Assembly (NCBI GenBank): GCA_037146995.1
Contig: JBAWWA010000008.1
Location: 1-57,861 of the forward strand
DNA: 57,861 nt
From: a bacterium
Lineage (GTDB): Bacteria; Patescibacteriota; Patescibacteriia; Patescibacteriales; GWE2-39-37
Direction of reading: 5' to 3'
Shown here: positions 1-7,993 of the stretch, in pieces
How positions within the stretch are numbered: the first letter of the stretch is position 1
Layout: the number at the start of each line of letters is the position of its first letter
Made by a program: the position numbers and the translations under genes
The notes under the pieces: generated by a model
What the model was told of the DNA's origin: nothing
What the model saw: the letters and a program-made list of their open reading frames with translations, nothing else
Database searches by the model: none

Positions 1-153
1 CCGCTGGTACCTACAATGGTTCCACCGGTCAGACTTCATGTACTGCCTGTGCCGCTGGTACCTACAATGGTTCCACCGGTCAGACTTCATGTACTGCCTG
101 TGCCGCCGGTACTTATACCAATCTGACAGGCCAATCTGCTTGTTTGGCTTGTC
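1..153 (+). repeat. 51-bp tandem repeat: two identical copies (1-51, 52-102) plus one diverged copy (103-153), each encoding 17 aa
   Basis: Direct reading shows ccgctggtacctacaatggttccaccggtcagacttcatgtactgcctgtg twice in perfect identity. The third unit keeps the Cys/Gly/Tyr codons. The contig starts inside the array. Confidence 0.9.
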
Positions 154-947
154 TAGGCAATACTGCTGCGACTCCAACGACATGTACAGCTTGCCCAGCG
201 AATACGCGTAATAATGCCGCACATACTCAGTGCAATACCTATTGTGGTAATGGCTTATTTGAAAATCCTAATGGTGAGGGAGTGTCAGAGGCTTGTGACG
301 GTGCTAATTTAAACGGCCAAACTTGTGTTTCTTTGGGTTATGGTGCAGGAATACTTGCTTGTCAGGCAAATTGCACCGCCTTTAATCAAGCCGCTTGTGA
401 TCCTTGTGGTAATGGCAGCTGTGAACCTGGTGAAACAGTGGCTAGTTGTTCAGCTGATTGTTCATCGTGTGGTGATGGGCTAGTGACTGGTACCGAGCAA
501 TGTGATTTTGGTGCTAATAATGGGACGGGGATTGGTTGCTCGGCAACTTGTGCGGCTTCACCTAGCTTTGCCTGTGCTGCAAATGATTGCTGTATTTCAA
601 CAAGTCAAGTTGCCTCGGGAAACTGGACGTGGGTAGCTTCTGGCTTACCTGCCGCAGGTATTGTAATAGATTTTTATTCCGATTCAGATATTGCAACTGC
701 AAAGTGTGATAATGGCACGTTATCGCAATGCCCCGGGGCTTGTGGTTATCCTCAGGCTGGTAGGTTAACCTCTAGTTCGCTTGGCAATTGCACAACCGAC
801 TCAAATGGATATTGCTTACTTCCTGGCAATCAGCCAGCAGGCACATATTTAATAGCTAGTCCGACAGCCGGCGGTTGCTCGTTGACTTTTAAAACTGTGC
901 CCTTTAATTTATGCTATAGAGCTAACGGCACATCCTATGTTAAATAG
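1..947 (+). CDS. Cysteine-rich repeat surface/secreted protein, 5'-partial (runs off the left edge)
   Basis: Frame 3 is open from base 3 (AGTYNGSTGQTSCTACA...) into the tracked ORF 144..947. The N-terminal units have the pattern C-x2-C-x2-G-x-Y...G-x3-C-x-x-C, which resembles GCC2_GCC3/ephrin-receptor-like repeats. They are followed by CGNG...C..GE.CD and CGDG...EQCD units like the Myxococcus cysteine-rich repeat. Confidence 0.6.
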   Translation, partial: AGTYNGSTGQTSCTACAAGTYNGSTGQTSCTACAAGTYTNLTGQSACLACLGNTAATPTTCTACPANTRNNAAHTQCNTYCGNGLFENPNGEGVSEACDGANLNGQTCVSLGYGAGILACQANCTAFNQAACDPCGNGSCEPGETVASCSADCSSCGDGLVTGTEQCDFGANNGTGIGCSATCAASPSFACAANDCCISTSQVASGNWTWVASGLPAAGIVIDFYSDSDIATAKCDNGTLSQCPGACGYPQAGRLTSSSLGNCTTDSNGYCLLPGNQPAGTYLIASPTAGGCSLTFKTVPFNLCYRANGTSYVK

Positions 948-1515
948 AACTTTTTATATTAGATTTTTTTTATTTGGGTTCACAATAGTAGGTGTAATTT
1001 TTTTGGGTTATAATTTTTTCATTAAAGGGTCTAAAATAGCTACTAATCAAGTTGTACATAATGATGGTGCAACAAAAACTTCAACCTCAACATCACAGAA
1101 GTTTAAAGATATTGTCAGTAGTTCCACGGTAAATAAAAGTGAATTAATAAATATTGACTCAAAAAATCATATTTTTGAAATTGCTAGTTCTGGGGAAAAA
1201 ATTAGAGTTGTGTTTAATAACGGCAAAAATTATGATAACGGATTTTATATTGTGTCTGGAGGTGGACAAGTTTCTGGTGGTCCATCATCGTCAAAGTCTA
1301 CTGTGATCAAGAGCGAGCCAAAAACTAATGATTCTGATGAGGATGGATTGAGCGACCAAAAAGAAACTGAACTTGGCACTAATCTAAACAAGAAAGATAC
1401 TGACGGCGATGGTTTTGATGATAAAAGCGAAATAGACAAGGGCTATAATCCTTGCGGTGAGGGTAAATTGCCAGAGATTCCTCAGTTAAAGGTATTGTGC
1501 ATGAGATATAATTAA
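937..1515 (+). CDS. N-terminally membrane-anchored protein with thrombospondin type-3-like (DxDxDG) calcium-binding repeats
   Basis: The ATG overlaps the upstream stop (atgttaaatag). There is a hydrophobic N-terminal helix, FYIRFFLFGFTIVGVIFLGYNFFI. The motif DSDEDGLSDQKETELGTNLNKKDTDGDGFDDKSE is present. Confidence 0.6.
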   Translation: MLNRTFYIRFFLFGFTIVGVIFLGYNFFIKGSKIATNQVVHNDGATKTSTSTSQKFKDIVSSSTVNKSELINIDSKNHIFEIASSGEKIRVVFNNGKNYDNGFYIVSGGGQVSGGPSSSKSTVIKSEPKTNDSDEDGLSDQKETELGTNLNKKDTDGDGFDDKSEIDKGYNPCGEGKLPEIPQLKVLCMRYN

Positions 1516-1585
1516 TATTGACAAAAAACATTGAGTTGGATATTGTTATATTGATTGCGATATTTAAAATTACAAAATCCATAAT

Positions 1586-1625
1586 CGGATCCCTAATTTA
1601 TCTTAGGGGTTGGGTCCGGTTTTTT
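1586..1625 (+). terminator. Rho-independent terminator candidate after the 937..1515 gene
   Basis: The hairpin is cggat/ccctaa - tttatc - ttaggg/(bulge gttgg)gtccg, followed by gtttttt. Confidence 0.5.
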
Positions 1626-1863
1626 CATTTTTGAGAAGGGTGGTTGCTGCGTTAGTGGTGATCCGGTTGCCTCCGTAAACATGGGCTATTCGATGTCGCG
1701 TAAAAGCAGAGTCGATGAGTAAGGAAATAATCTGGCACCTTTGTGGCAGTTTTTTGTTTTCTGAGTTTTTTATAAATGCTCTTCGTCTTTTTATTTTGTT
1801 TTTGCAAGATAAAAAGAGGGGGAGTTTTTTTATGTTCTTTATTAAAACAAAAAGGAGATTGCT

Positions 1864-2667
1864 ATGGCAATTAACAAAAGTGATTATCGTGCGCTCATTG
1901 GAACAGCGGTATTTTTTTCTCGTAGTGATCAGCGCAAATTGAGGCGTATGAAGGATGAAATTACTATAGTTTCGACAGTCTGTCCAGACTATCCGAATGA
2001 TGGACTTAGCTATACTTTTCACGGAGAGTTGGGCAGAGGCATTAGCCTTACGGCTCAAGCGCATTTGGATAAAGTACCGAGTTTGATAAACAGTTTACGG
2101 TCACATGGCTGCAAGCCACAGTGGTTGATTCTAGTGGCGGACTTGCCAGAACTGACTGAGAGTCAAAAGGAATTTTATCATCGAGTGGCCAACTCAAAGA
2201 CCGATTATATCGCTCGATGTGAGTCATCAGTAAGGGCAATAAAATCTGCGTTGAAAGTTGAAGCAGAAGTTTCAACTTTTTCAAATTGGTATGCTCAAAA
2301 AAACGTGCAGTATCTTGATGAACAAGAAAGCGTGAAAGAGACAATTCTTTTGCTGGCTAGGGCAGACAAGGTGTTTGCTGCTCACTTTTTGGCTTTTGCC
2401 AAAATGAGAGAGGGCCTAGCAACAAAGTTTAGAGGACGAGTCTTGTCTATCGATGAGCGTAGTGAGGCTGCAGCCCATGGCATGAGTCTGTATGTAACGC
2501 ATGGCACTTTGCTGCGCAAAATATTCATGACTAAAAATTTACTCGTTATTAATCATTTTACGCCAAATTTGCAGAATTTTTTCTTGTACACATTGGTAAA
2601 AAATTCCCATGAATTAAAAAATATGCCAAAATTCCCCTTAGGCATAATTGAAAATTCGTGGTCCTAG
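1864..2667 (+). CDS. Hypothetical protein (no family recognised)
   Basis: 267-aa ORF with an AAGGAG Shine-Dalgarno 6 nt upstream of the ATG. No motif could be assigned. Confidence 0.55.
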   Translation: MAINKSDYRALIGTAVFFSRSDQRKLRRMKDEITIVSTVCPDYPNDGLSYTFHGELGRGISLTAQAHLDKVPSLINSLRSHGCKPQWLILVADLPELTESQKEFYHRVANSKTDYIARCESSVRAIKSALKVEAEVSTFSNWYAQKNVQYLDEQESVKETILLLARADKVFAAHFLAFAKMREGLATKFRGRVLSIDERSEAAAHGMSLYVTHGTLLRKIFMTKNLLVINHFTPNLQNFFLYTLVKNSHELKNMPKFPLGIIENSWS

Positions 2668-2717
2668 TGTTAAAAGCAGGTGTTGGCTAATCGGCCAGCA
2701 CCTGCTAAATTTAAATT

Positions 2718-3329
2718 ATGCATCTATTTAAAACTGGCCCCTACAATCCGGCAAGCAATTTTGCCACAAAGTATGAAGGAGTTGTGGCTCTGGGTAAACA
2801 GGAGAATGACGTCGGCATCGACTTGGTAAGGATGAGGGAATTTGCTGGCAATATTGGCAAGACTGATCAAGTGGTGTTGAAAAGTTTTAGTAAAATTTTT
2901 TGCTCTGACTTGCGGCGCACGACACAAACATATGGCTATCTAGAGGCTAATGATTTTTTAGCTAAAAAACACTCAGTAGTATTTGATGAGCTGTTCAGGG
3001 AAGTGAGATTTGACATTACTCAGCTATGCTCGCCAGGTGAGTATGCGAATGGCGGGAGCTCTGTTGTTAGGGCAAAATTTGTAGAGGCTTTTATTTGTGA
3101 TGATTTACTTGAAAGTAGGGCTGAGATAAAACAGCGATTTAAGAGATTGGACGCTTTAAATTATCAATCGACTGAAAATATATTAATAATTTCTCATACA
3201 TTTTTTTTAAAATTATATATTATCTATAGGGCGCAAAAGGATTTGTTTGAATATCCAGACAAATTAAAAGATTTACTAAACCCCAACGAGCGCATTATGA
3301 GTTTTTGCGAGCTTACTAAATTGAATTAA
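2718..3329 (+). CDS. Histidine-phosphatase (PGAM-like) superfamily-like protein with a degenerate N-terminal RHG motif
   Basis: Motif order resembles branch-1 histidine phosphatases: SDLRRTTQTY (cf. SPLxRAxQTA), NGGSSVVRAKF (cf. GGES...R), ILIISHTFFLKL (cf. vlvVSHGgvir). The expected N-terminal RHG is FKTGPY. Confidence 0.4.
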   Translation: MHLFKTGPYNPASNFATKYEGVVALGKQENDVGIDLVRMREFAGNIGKTDQVVLKSFSKIFCSDLRRTTQTYGYLEANDFLAKKHSVVFDELFREVRFDITQLCSPGEYANGGSSVVRAKFVEAFICDDLLESRAEIKQRFKRLDALNYQSTENILIISHTFFLKLYIIYRAQKDLFEYPDKLKDLLNPNERIMSFCELTKLN

Positions 3330-3363
3330 ATAATTGTTAGTAAATGGTTATTTTTTGGTTTAA

Positions 3364-3578
3364 GTGGACGATAGAGGATTTACCACTTCGCTGAAGCTAC
3401 GCGGTATAAACTTCTCATCCACTGTTATTATTCACAGATATAACAAAACCCACCTAGGCGGCGGGTCTTATTATATCTGTGGACGATAGAGGATTTACCC
3501 GAGGGCATAAACTTCGAATCTTTTCTTATAATTCACAGAAACTAAAAAATCAGCTAGACGCTGATTCTTTAATTTCTG
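3364..3578 (-). repeat. Two decayed tandem units, each ending in a copy of the tRNA-Val 3' end (+ strand gtggacgatagaggatttacc at 3364-3384 and 3479-3499)
   Basis: The 17 nt gtggacgatagaggatt are identical at 3364, 3479 and 3578 (the third is the real tRNA). The two partial copies share 21 nt with each other. The units also share ataaacttc and tta(t/a)attcacaga. Each unit holds a nested hairpin (cacaga...tctgtg) with a terminator-like inner stem when read on the minus strand. Confidence 0.8.
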
Positions 3579-3652
3579 TGGACGATAGAGGATTCGAACC
3601 TCTGACCTCTACAATGTCAATGTAGCGCTCTAACCAACTGAGCTAATCGTCC
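3579..3652 (-). tRNA. tRNA-Val (anticodon GAC), CCA not encoded
   Basis: The reverse complement folds by hand as a 74-nt cloverleaf. Arms are acceptor GGACGAT/ATCGTCC, D arm GCTC-AGTTGGTTA-GAGC, anticodon arm CTACA-TTGACAT-TGTAG, T arm AGAGG-TTCGAAT-CCTCT and discriminator A. Confidence 0.9.
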
Positions 3653-3733
3653 ATTTTTTGTATTTTGCGCTGATGGGTCAATATATTGCGAACTATGTCC
3701 ATTCTATCTTTGATTTGGTTTTTTGTAAATACT

Positions 3734-4876
3734 TTAATTGAAATCAGTGAGTTTTTTTTCTATTACATTTATGACATGTTTTTCAAATTCCATTATCGAC
3801 TCTTTTGATCTTATCAGGATATTAGACTTGACGCCGATGGGGTTAAAATCACTCAGAAGTTGATCAACATTCAAATTTTTTACCCCGTGGACGATAGCCT
3901 CTGTAGTACGTACTAGATCAATTGCCACTTCATAAAATAACACGATGACTTTGGCGCTGGGAATGTTAACGATCAACTCTTCTATTAGGTGCTTGAGATC
4001 TTTGTGAGTAGTTTTGGTTTTTATAAAATCTTCATGAGTAATTTCGGTCCAGATGAGCTGATTGTTATTCAGGCTTTTGAGTCTAGCTAGAACTACCCCC
4101 CAAAGCTTGAGGACGTTCATGTTGCGTGAGCGATAGAGTTGATTGACGATTTGCTCGCGATCACCGCCAAGCTCTATGAGCCTAGCAGTAGTTGAAAGGG
4201 TTTTGGGTGAGATGTTTTTGACCTTAAAGCTGTTGGTAGAGATAATAATACTCGCCAGTAGATTAGTGGCTATCTCGTTGGTAATAATGTCTTCGTCGTG
4301 ATTACTGATGATATTGTATAGGACCTCGCCCGAGGAAACACTATTTAAATCAATGATATTGATTTGGCCAAAATATTCGTTAGTGGGCGAGAAGTCGATA
4401 TTGATTATCGGGGTTTGATAAAAAAAATCGGAATTTTTTAAAAAAATATCACCCAGGCTTTCAAGGTCGGTCGTGCCAACTACGATAATGAGATCGTATT
4501 TAGGCTTGTTGGCAGTAAAATTAAGTTGCGAACGATCTAATATTTTGTCAGTGCCAATAAGCTGAATGACTAATTTGTCATTTTTAAAATAATGGGTGAT
4601 GTTTTCTATTTCTGTTTGGCTAATGTTCAGAGACAGCTCAGAGTTGTTTAAGCCGGATAATTTGTTGGTTATAATATTGAAATCTGGTAAAAAACTTAGA
4701 CGGCTATCGATGAAGGCTGGGTCGGCAGCGACAGCAGTGGTTTTATTTAATATCTTTAAAAATTGCGCGCAGGCCAAAGCTGTTGGCAACGAATCATCTG
4801 CTGATTTGCCAAAAGTTATTAAAATATTGTTGGCTACTTTGATCTGTTCAAAGAATTGTCGGTACTCGTCTCTCAT
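3734..4876 (-). CDS. DHH/DHHA1-family phosphoesterase-like protein (NrnA-like layout) with degenerate catalytic motifs
   Basis: Length and motif spacing fit NrnA-type proteins. Motif I reads SADDS, motif II reads VVGTTD, and the DHH motif position reads NIDFSPTNEYFG (DHH -> DFS). Confidence 0.55.
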   Translation of the reverse strand: MRDEYRQFFEQIKVANNILITFGKSADDSLPTALACAQFLKILNKTTAVAADPAFIDSRLSFLPDFNIITNKLSGLNNSELSLNISQTEIENITHYFKNDKLVIQLIGTDKILDRSQLNFTANKPKYDLIIVVGTTDLESLGDIFLKNSDFFYQTPIINIDFSPTNEYFGQINIIDLNSVSSGEVLYNIISNHDEDIITNEIATNLLASIIISTNSFKVKNISPKTLSTTARLIELGGDREQIVNQLYRSRNMNVLKLWGVVLARLKSLNNNQLIWTEITHEDFIKTKTTHKDLKHLIEELIVNIPSAKVIVLFYEVAIDLVRTTEAIVHGVKNLNVDQLLSDFNPIGVKSNILIRSKESIMEFEKHVINVIEKKLTDFN

Positions 4877-5283
4877 TAAGGGTGGGTCTACTCATTATCA
4901 ATTGAGTATTACTGTGCCGTGTTTAGTTAATTGTGTGTCTTCTTGCCTCCTTAGACAAAAGACCCCGAAATGAGGCTTTTAATCAATGGTGTACTTTATT
5001 ACATAAGCGCCAGCGTGTCAACTTGTGCAATTAAGTCTTAATAAGAATAAGTTGAAGGTTATAGATATTATATATTTGTTAGGATTTTTTACAATAGGTT
5101 GATATTTATGATAATTATTTGACTGAAAATAGATAAATCAGTGTCGTAGGTCAAAATTTCATAGCTTAATCTGTTTTTGTTTGGCTGATATTTATTTTTT
5201 GTGGGATTTCTTGATTTAATGGGGTCTGTTTGGTATTCTTTATCTATTAATAAGCGGTATTTATTTAACTAGCCGGTCAAGAG

Positions 5284-7941
5284 ATGCAAACTAACCACAT
5301 GCCAGATAATAAAGAAATTGCAAAAGCCTACGAACCTGGTTTATACGAGGATAAAATTTATGCCTCATGGGAAGACTCTGGATTTTTTAATCCCGATAAC
5401 TTACCGGGTGAGCCCTATACAATAATGATGCCGCCACCCAACGTGACTGGGGTTTTACATTTGGGGCATGCGCTGGAAAATACTATCCTGGATAGCATGA
5501 TTCGTTTTCAACGTATGAAGGGCCGTAAAGCCTTGTTAGTGCCAGGGACGGATCATGCTGCTATTGCCACACAAGCGAAGGTGGAGAAAGTTTTACAGGC
5601 TCAAGGTATTAAAAATCCTCGACTTGAGTTGGGTCGCGAGGGTTTGCTGGCTGAAGTGAGAAAATTTTCTGAGGCGTCAAAATCGACCATTCTTAAACAG
5701 ATTCGCAAGATGGGTACGAGTTGCGATTGGTCGCGTTTAGCTTATACATTTGATGAGACTCGTAGCATGTCAGTTAATGAGGTGTTTGTGCGGATGTATA
5801 ATGACGGTTTGATCTATCGTGGTCATCGTGTGATCAATTGGTCAGTCAAGGGGCAGTCAACCTGTTCTGATGATGAAATGATTCACGTTGATCGTGAGGC
5901 TAAGTTATATACTTTTAAATATTCAAAGGATTTTCCTATTACGATTGCAACTACTCGTCCAGAAACCAAATTGGGTGATACGGCTGTGGCAGTCAATCCG
6001 AAAGATGAGCGCTACCAGCAGTATATCGGCCAAACTTTTACGGTTGATGTTGGGGCGCTTCAACCGCTACTCATTAAAATAATAGCTGATGAGGGGGTTG
6101 AAAAGGATTTTGGAACTGGGGCCTTGGGAGTTACACCTGCTCATAGTGCGGTTGATTTTGAGATGTATGAAAAGCAAAAAGCAAAAAATGAGCCGATTGC
6201 ATTAATTCAGGTTATAAATGAGCAGGGCTTGATGACAGTTGAGGCGGGTAAGGATTACGAAGGTTTGACCGTTCTTGAGGCTCGCGAAAAATTTGTGGCA
6301 TGGTTGACTAAACAGGACCTACTTGAAAAAGTCGAGGATATTACACAAAGTGTCGGTACGTCTGATCGGTATGGCGATGTAATTGAGTCACTACCGAAGA
6401 CGCAATGGTTTGTGGACATGAATCGCGACATTCCAAGTCGTGGTCAGAACTTGAAAGGCTTGATGTTGGCGGCTGTGACAACTGGTCACAATGGCATTGC
6501 TAACCAAAAAATCAATATTTCACCTGATAGATATGAGAAGATTTATGTAAAATGGATTGAGGGTCTACGTGACTGGTGTATTAGTCGTCAGATTTGGTGG
6601 GGACATCGCATTCCGGTTTGGTACAAAGGTGATGAGATTTATTGCGGGCATACAGCACCAATCGGTGATGGTTGGTTGCAAGATGAAGACACTCTTGATA
6701 CTTGGTTTTCATCTGGCATGTGGACTTTTTCTACCTTAGGCTTTCCTGATAACAATAATGACTTAAAAACCTTTCATCCTACAAGTTGGATGCAGATGGG
6801 TTATGAAATTTTTTATCTGTGGATGGTGCGCATGATTTTGATGTCGACCTATACGCTAGATCAAATTCCATTTAAAGACGTGTATATCCATGGAATCTTA
6901 CGCGATGAAAAGGGTCAAAAATTTTCCAAATCATCGGGTAATAACATTAACCCGTTAGATGTTATTTCACAGTTTGGTACGGATGCTTTGCGCTTGTCCC
7001 TCATTAGTGGTATCACTCCAGGCAATGATTCTAAGTATTATGTCGATAAAGTTGAAGGAGCGAGAAATTTAGTCAACAAACTCTGGAATATTAGCAGGTT
7101 TATTGTGACGACTTTTGGCTTTTCGGCTGAGGTTGTGGCTAGGGGTGAGCTGCATGTTGAAGCATTGTCAGATGCAGACCAATGGATTTTGAGTAAATAT
7201 GAAAAATTAGTTAGGGCAGTGAATGATGATTTTGCCGCCTTTAGATTTTCTCAGGCAGTGGAGCAGCTGCGTGACTTTACTTGGAATGATTTTGCTGATT
7301 GGTATATTGAGGTAGCAAAGTTTGAAAAAACAGAGTCTAAAAAAGTTATTTTAACTTACGTACTGACAAATCTTTTGAAGCTTTGGCATCCTGTTATTCC
7401 ATTTGTAACCGAAGTTATTTGGCGTGAAGTTGTTGGTGGCGAGATGCTGATGGTTGAAAAATACCCAACCTCGGCAAAGTCGCAATTTAATGAGGATTTC
7501 GAGGTGGTTAAAAATGTAATAGCCTCAATTAGAAATGCTCGAGCTGAAAATAAAGTTGAACCGTCAAAAAAAATCAAAGCTGTTTTATTTACAATTAACG
7601 ACAAGGAAATAGTTTTAAGGAATCGCGATGTTATTGTTGGTTTAAAAACTGGCTTAAATGAGCTTGAGTTAAGTGACGCAAGCCAGCAATTGGCGGCCGC
7701 TATTTATGCAATTGCTGGTAGTGTGGAGATAAATCTGCTTGGTGCGATTGATCCTGAAAAAGAGATAGTGCGTATCAAGAAGGAAGTGGCAGAAAAAGAG
7801 AAGTTTGTCCTCAGTCTAAAAGTTAAGCTCGATAACATCGATTTTGTAAATAATGCACCAGTAGCAGTTGTGGCAGCCGAAAAGGTCAAACTTGAAAGTG
7901 CAGAGTCTGAGTTGTCAAGATTGAGGGAAAAATTAAATTAA
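5284..7941 (+). CDS. valS: Valyl-tRNA synthetase
   Basis: PPPNVTGVLHLGHA (HIGH) and KFSKSSGN (KMSKS) are present. The editing-domain block TTRPETKLGDTAVAVNP, 885 aa and a C-terminal coiled-coil also fit. Confidence 0.95.
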   Translation: MQTNHMPDNKEIAKAYEPGLYEDKIYASWEDSGFFNPDNLPGEPYTIMMPPPNVTGVLHLGHALENTILDSMIRFQRMKGRKALLVPGTDHAAIATQAKVEKVLQAQGIKNPRLELGREGLLAEVRKFSEASKSTILKQIRKMGTSCDWSRLAYTFDETRSMSVNEVFVRMYNDGLIYRGHRVINWSVKGQSTCSDDEMIHVDREAKLYTFKYSKDFPITIATTRPETKLGDTAVAVNPKDERYQQYIGQTFTVDVGALQPLLIKIIADEGVEKDFGTGALGVTPAHSAVDFEMYEKQKAKNEPIALIQVINEQGLMTVEAGKDYEGLTVLEAREKFVAWLTKQDLLEKVEDITQSVGTSDRYGDVIESLPKTQWFVDMNRDIPSRGQNLKGLMLAAVTTGHNGIANQKINISPDRYEKIYVKWIEGLRDWCISRQIWWGHRIPVWYKGDEIYCGHTAPIGDGWLQDEDTLDTWFSSGMWTFSTLGFPDNNNDLKTFHPTSWMQMGYEIFYLWMVRMILMSTYTLDQIPFKDVYIHGILRDEKGQKFSKSSGNNINPLDVISQFGTDALRLSLISGITPGNDSKYYVDKVEGARNLVNKLWNISRFIVTTFGFSAEVVARGELHVEALSDADQWILSKYEKLVRAVNDDFAAFRFSQAVEQLRDFTWNDFADWYIEVAKFEKTESKKVILTYVLTNLLKLWHPVIPFVTEVIWREVVGGEMLMVEKYPTSAKSQFNEDFEVVKNVIASIRNARAENKVEPSKKIKAVLFTINDKEIVLRNRDVIVGLKTGLNELELSDASQQLAAAIYAIAGSVEINLLGAIDPEKEIVRIKKEVAEKEKFVLSLKVKLDNIDFVNNAPVAVVAAEKVKLESAESELSRLREKLN

Positions 7942-7993
7942 TTAAGTTTTATATATTGTCATTGTTGTTCAATTTTTCATTATTGAAGCAGGA

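Noticed and set aside
1640-1700. The segment ggtgatccggttgcctccgtaaac vaguely recalls the fluoride (crcB) riboswitch core
   Set aside because: The conserved GAUGG/CUGAUGAU elements and pseudoknot partners are absent, no stable stems could be drawn, and the downstream gene is not a fluoride transporter.
1832-1942. A 36-codon ORF with a strong GGGGGAG Shine-Dalgarno overlapping the start of the 1864 gene out of frame (possible leader peptide)
   Set aside because: The product is hydrophobic and basic with no signature. It is equally well explained as chance in a T-rich region, and there is no attenuator structure linked to it.
1603-2064. 153-aa minus-strand ORF overlapping the 1864..2667 gene and its upstream region
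   Set aside because: It is Lys/Arg/Ile-rich and low in complexity, as expected from reading AT-rich DNA antisense. It has no Shine-Dalgarno and overlaps a better-supported + strand gene.
3364-3600. Three copies of a ~17-21-nt repeat with ~100-nt spacing could superficially look like a mini CRISPR array
   Set aside because: There are only three copies. The repeat is simply the 3' end of the adjacent tRNA-Val. The 'spacers' are themselves related to each other, and no cas genes are present.
3885-3901. An 11-nt match (gtggacgatag) to the tRNA-Val 3'-end repeat inside the DHH-family gene, on the other side of the tRNA
   Set aside because: The match is short, lies inside a coding frame (EAIVH) and breaks immediately after 11 nt. 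It is most likely chance, and it does not delimit an island with any integrase.
4877-5283. A 407-nt divergent intergenic region before valS was checked for a T-box or other leader
   Set aside because: There is no GGTGGNACCGCG-like core and no terminator/antiterminator pair, only AT-rich promoter-like sequence. The same negative result applies upstream of ileS (33179-33311).
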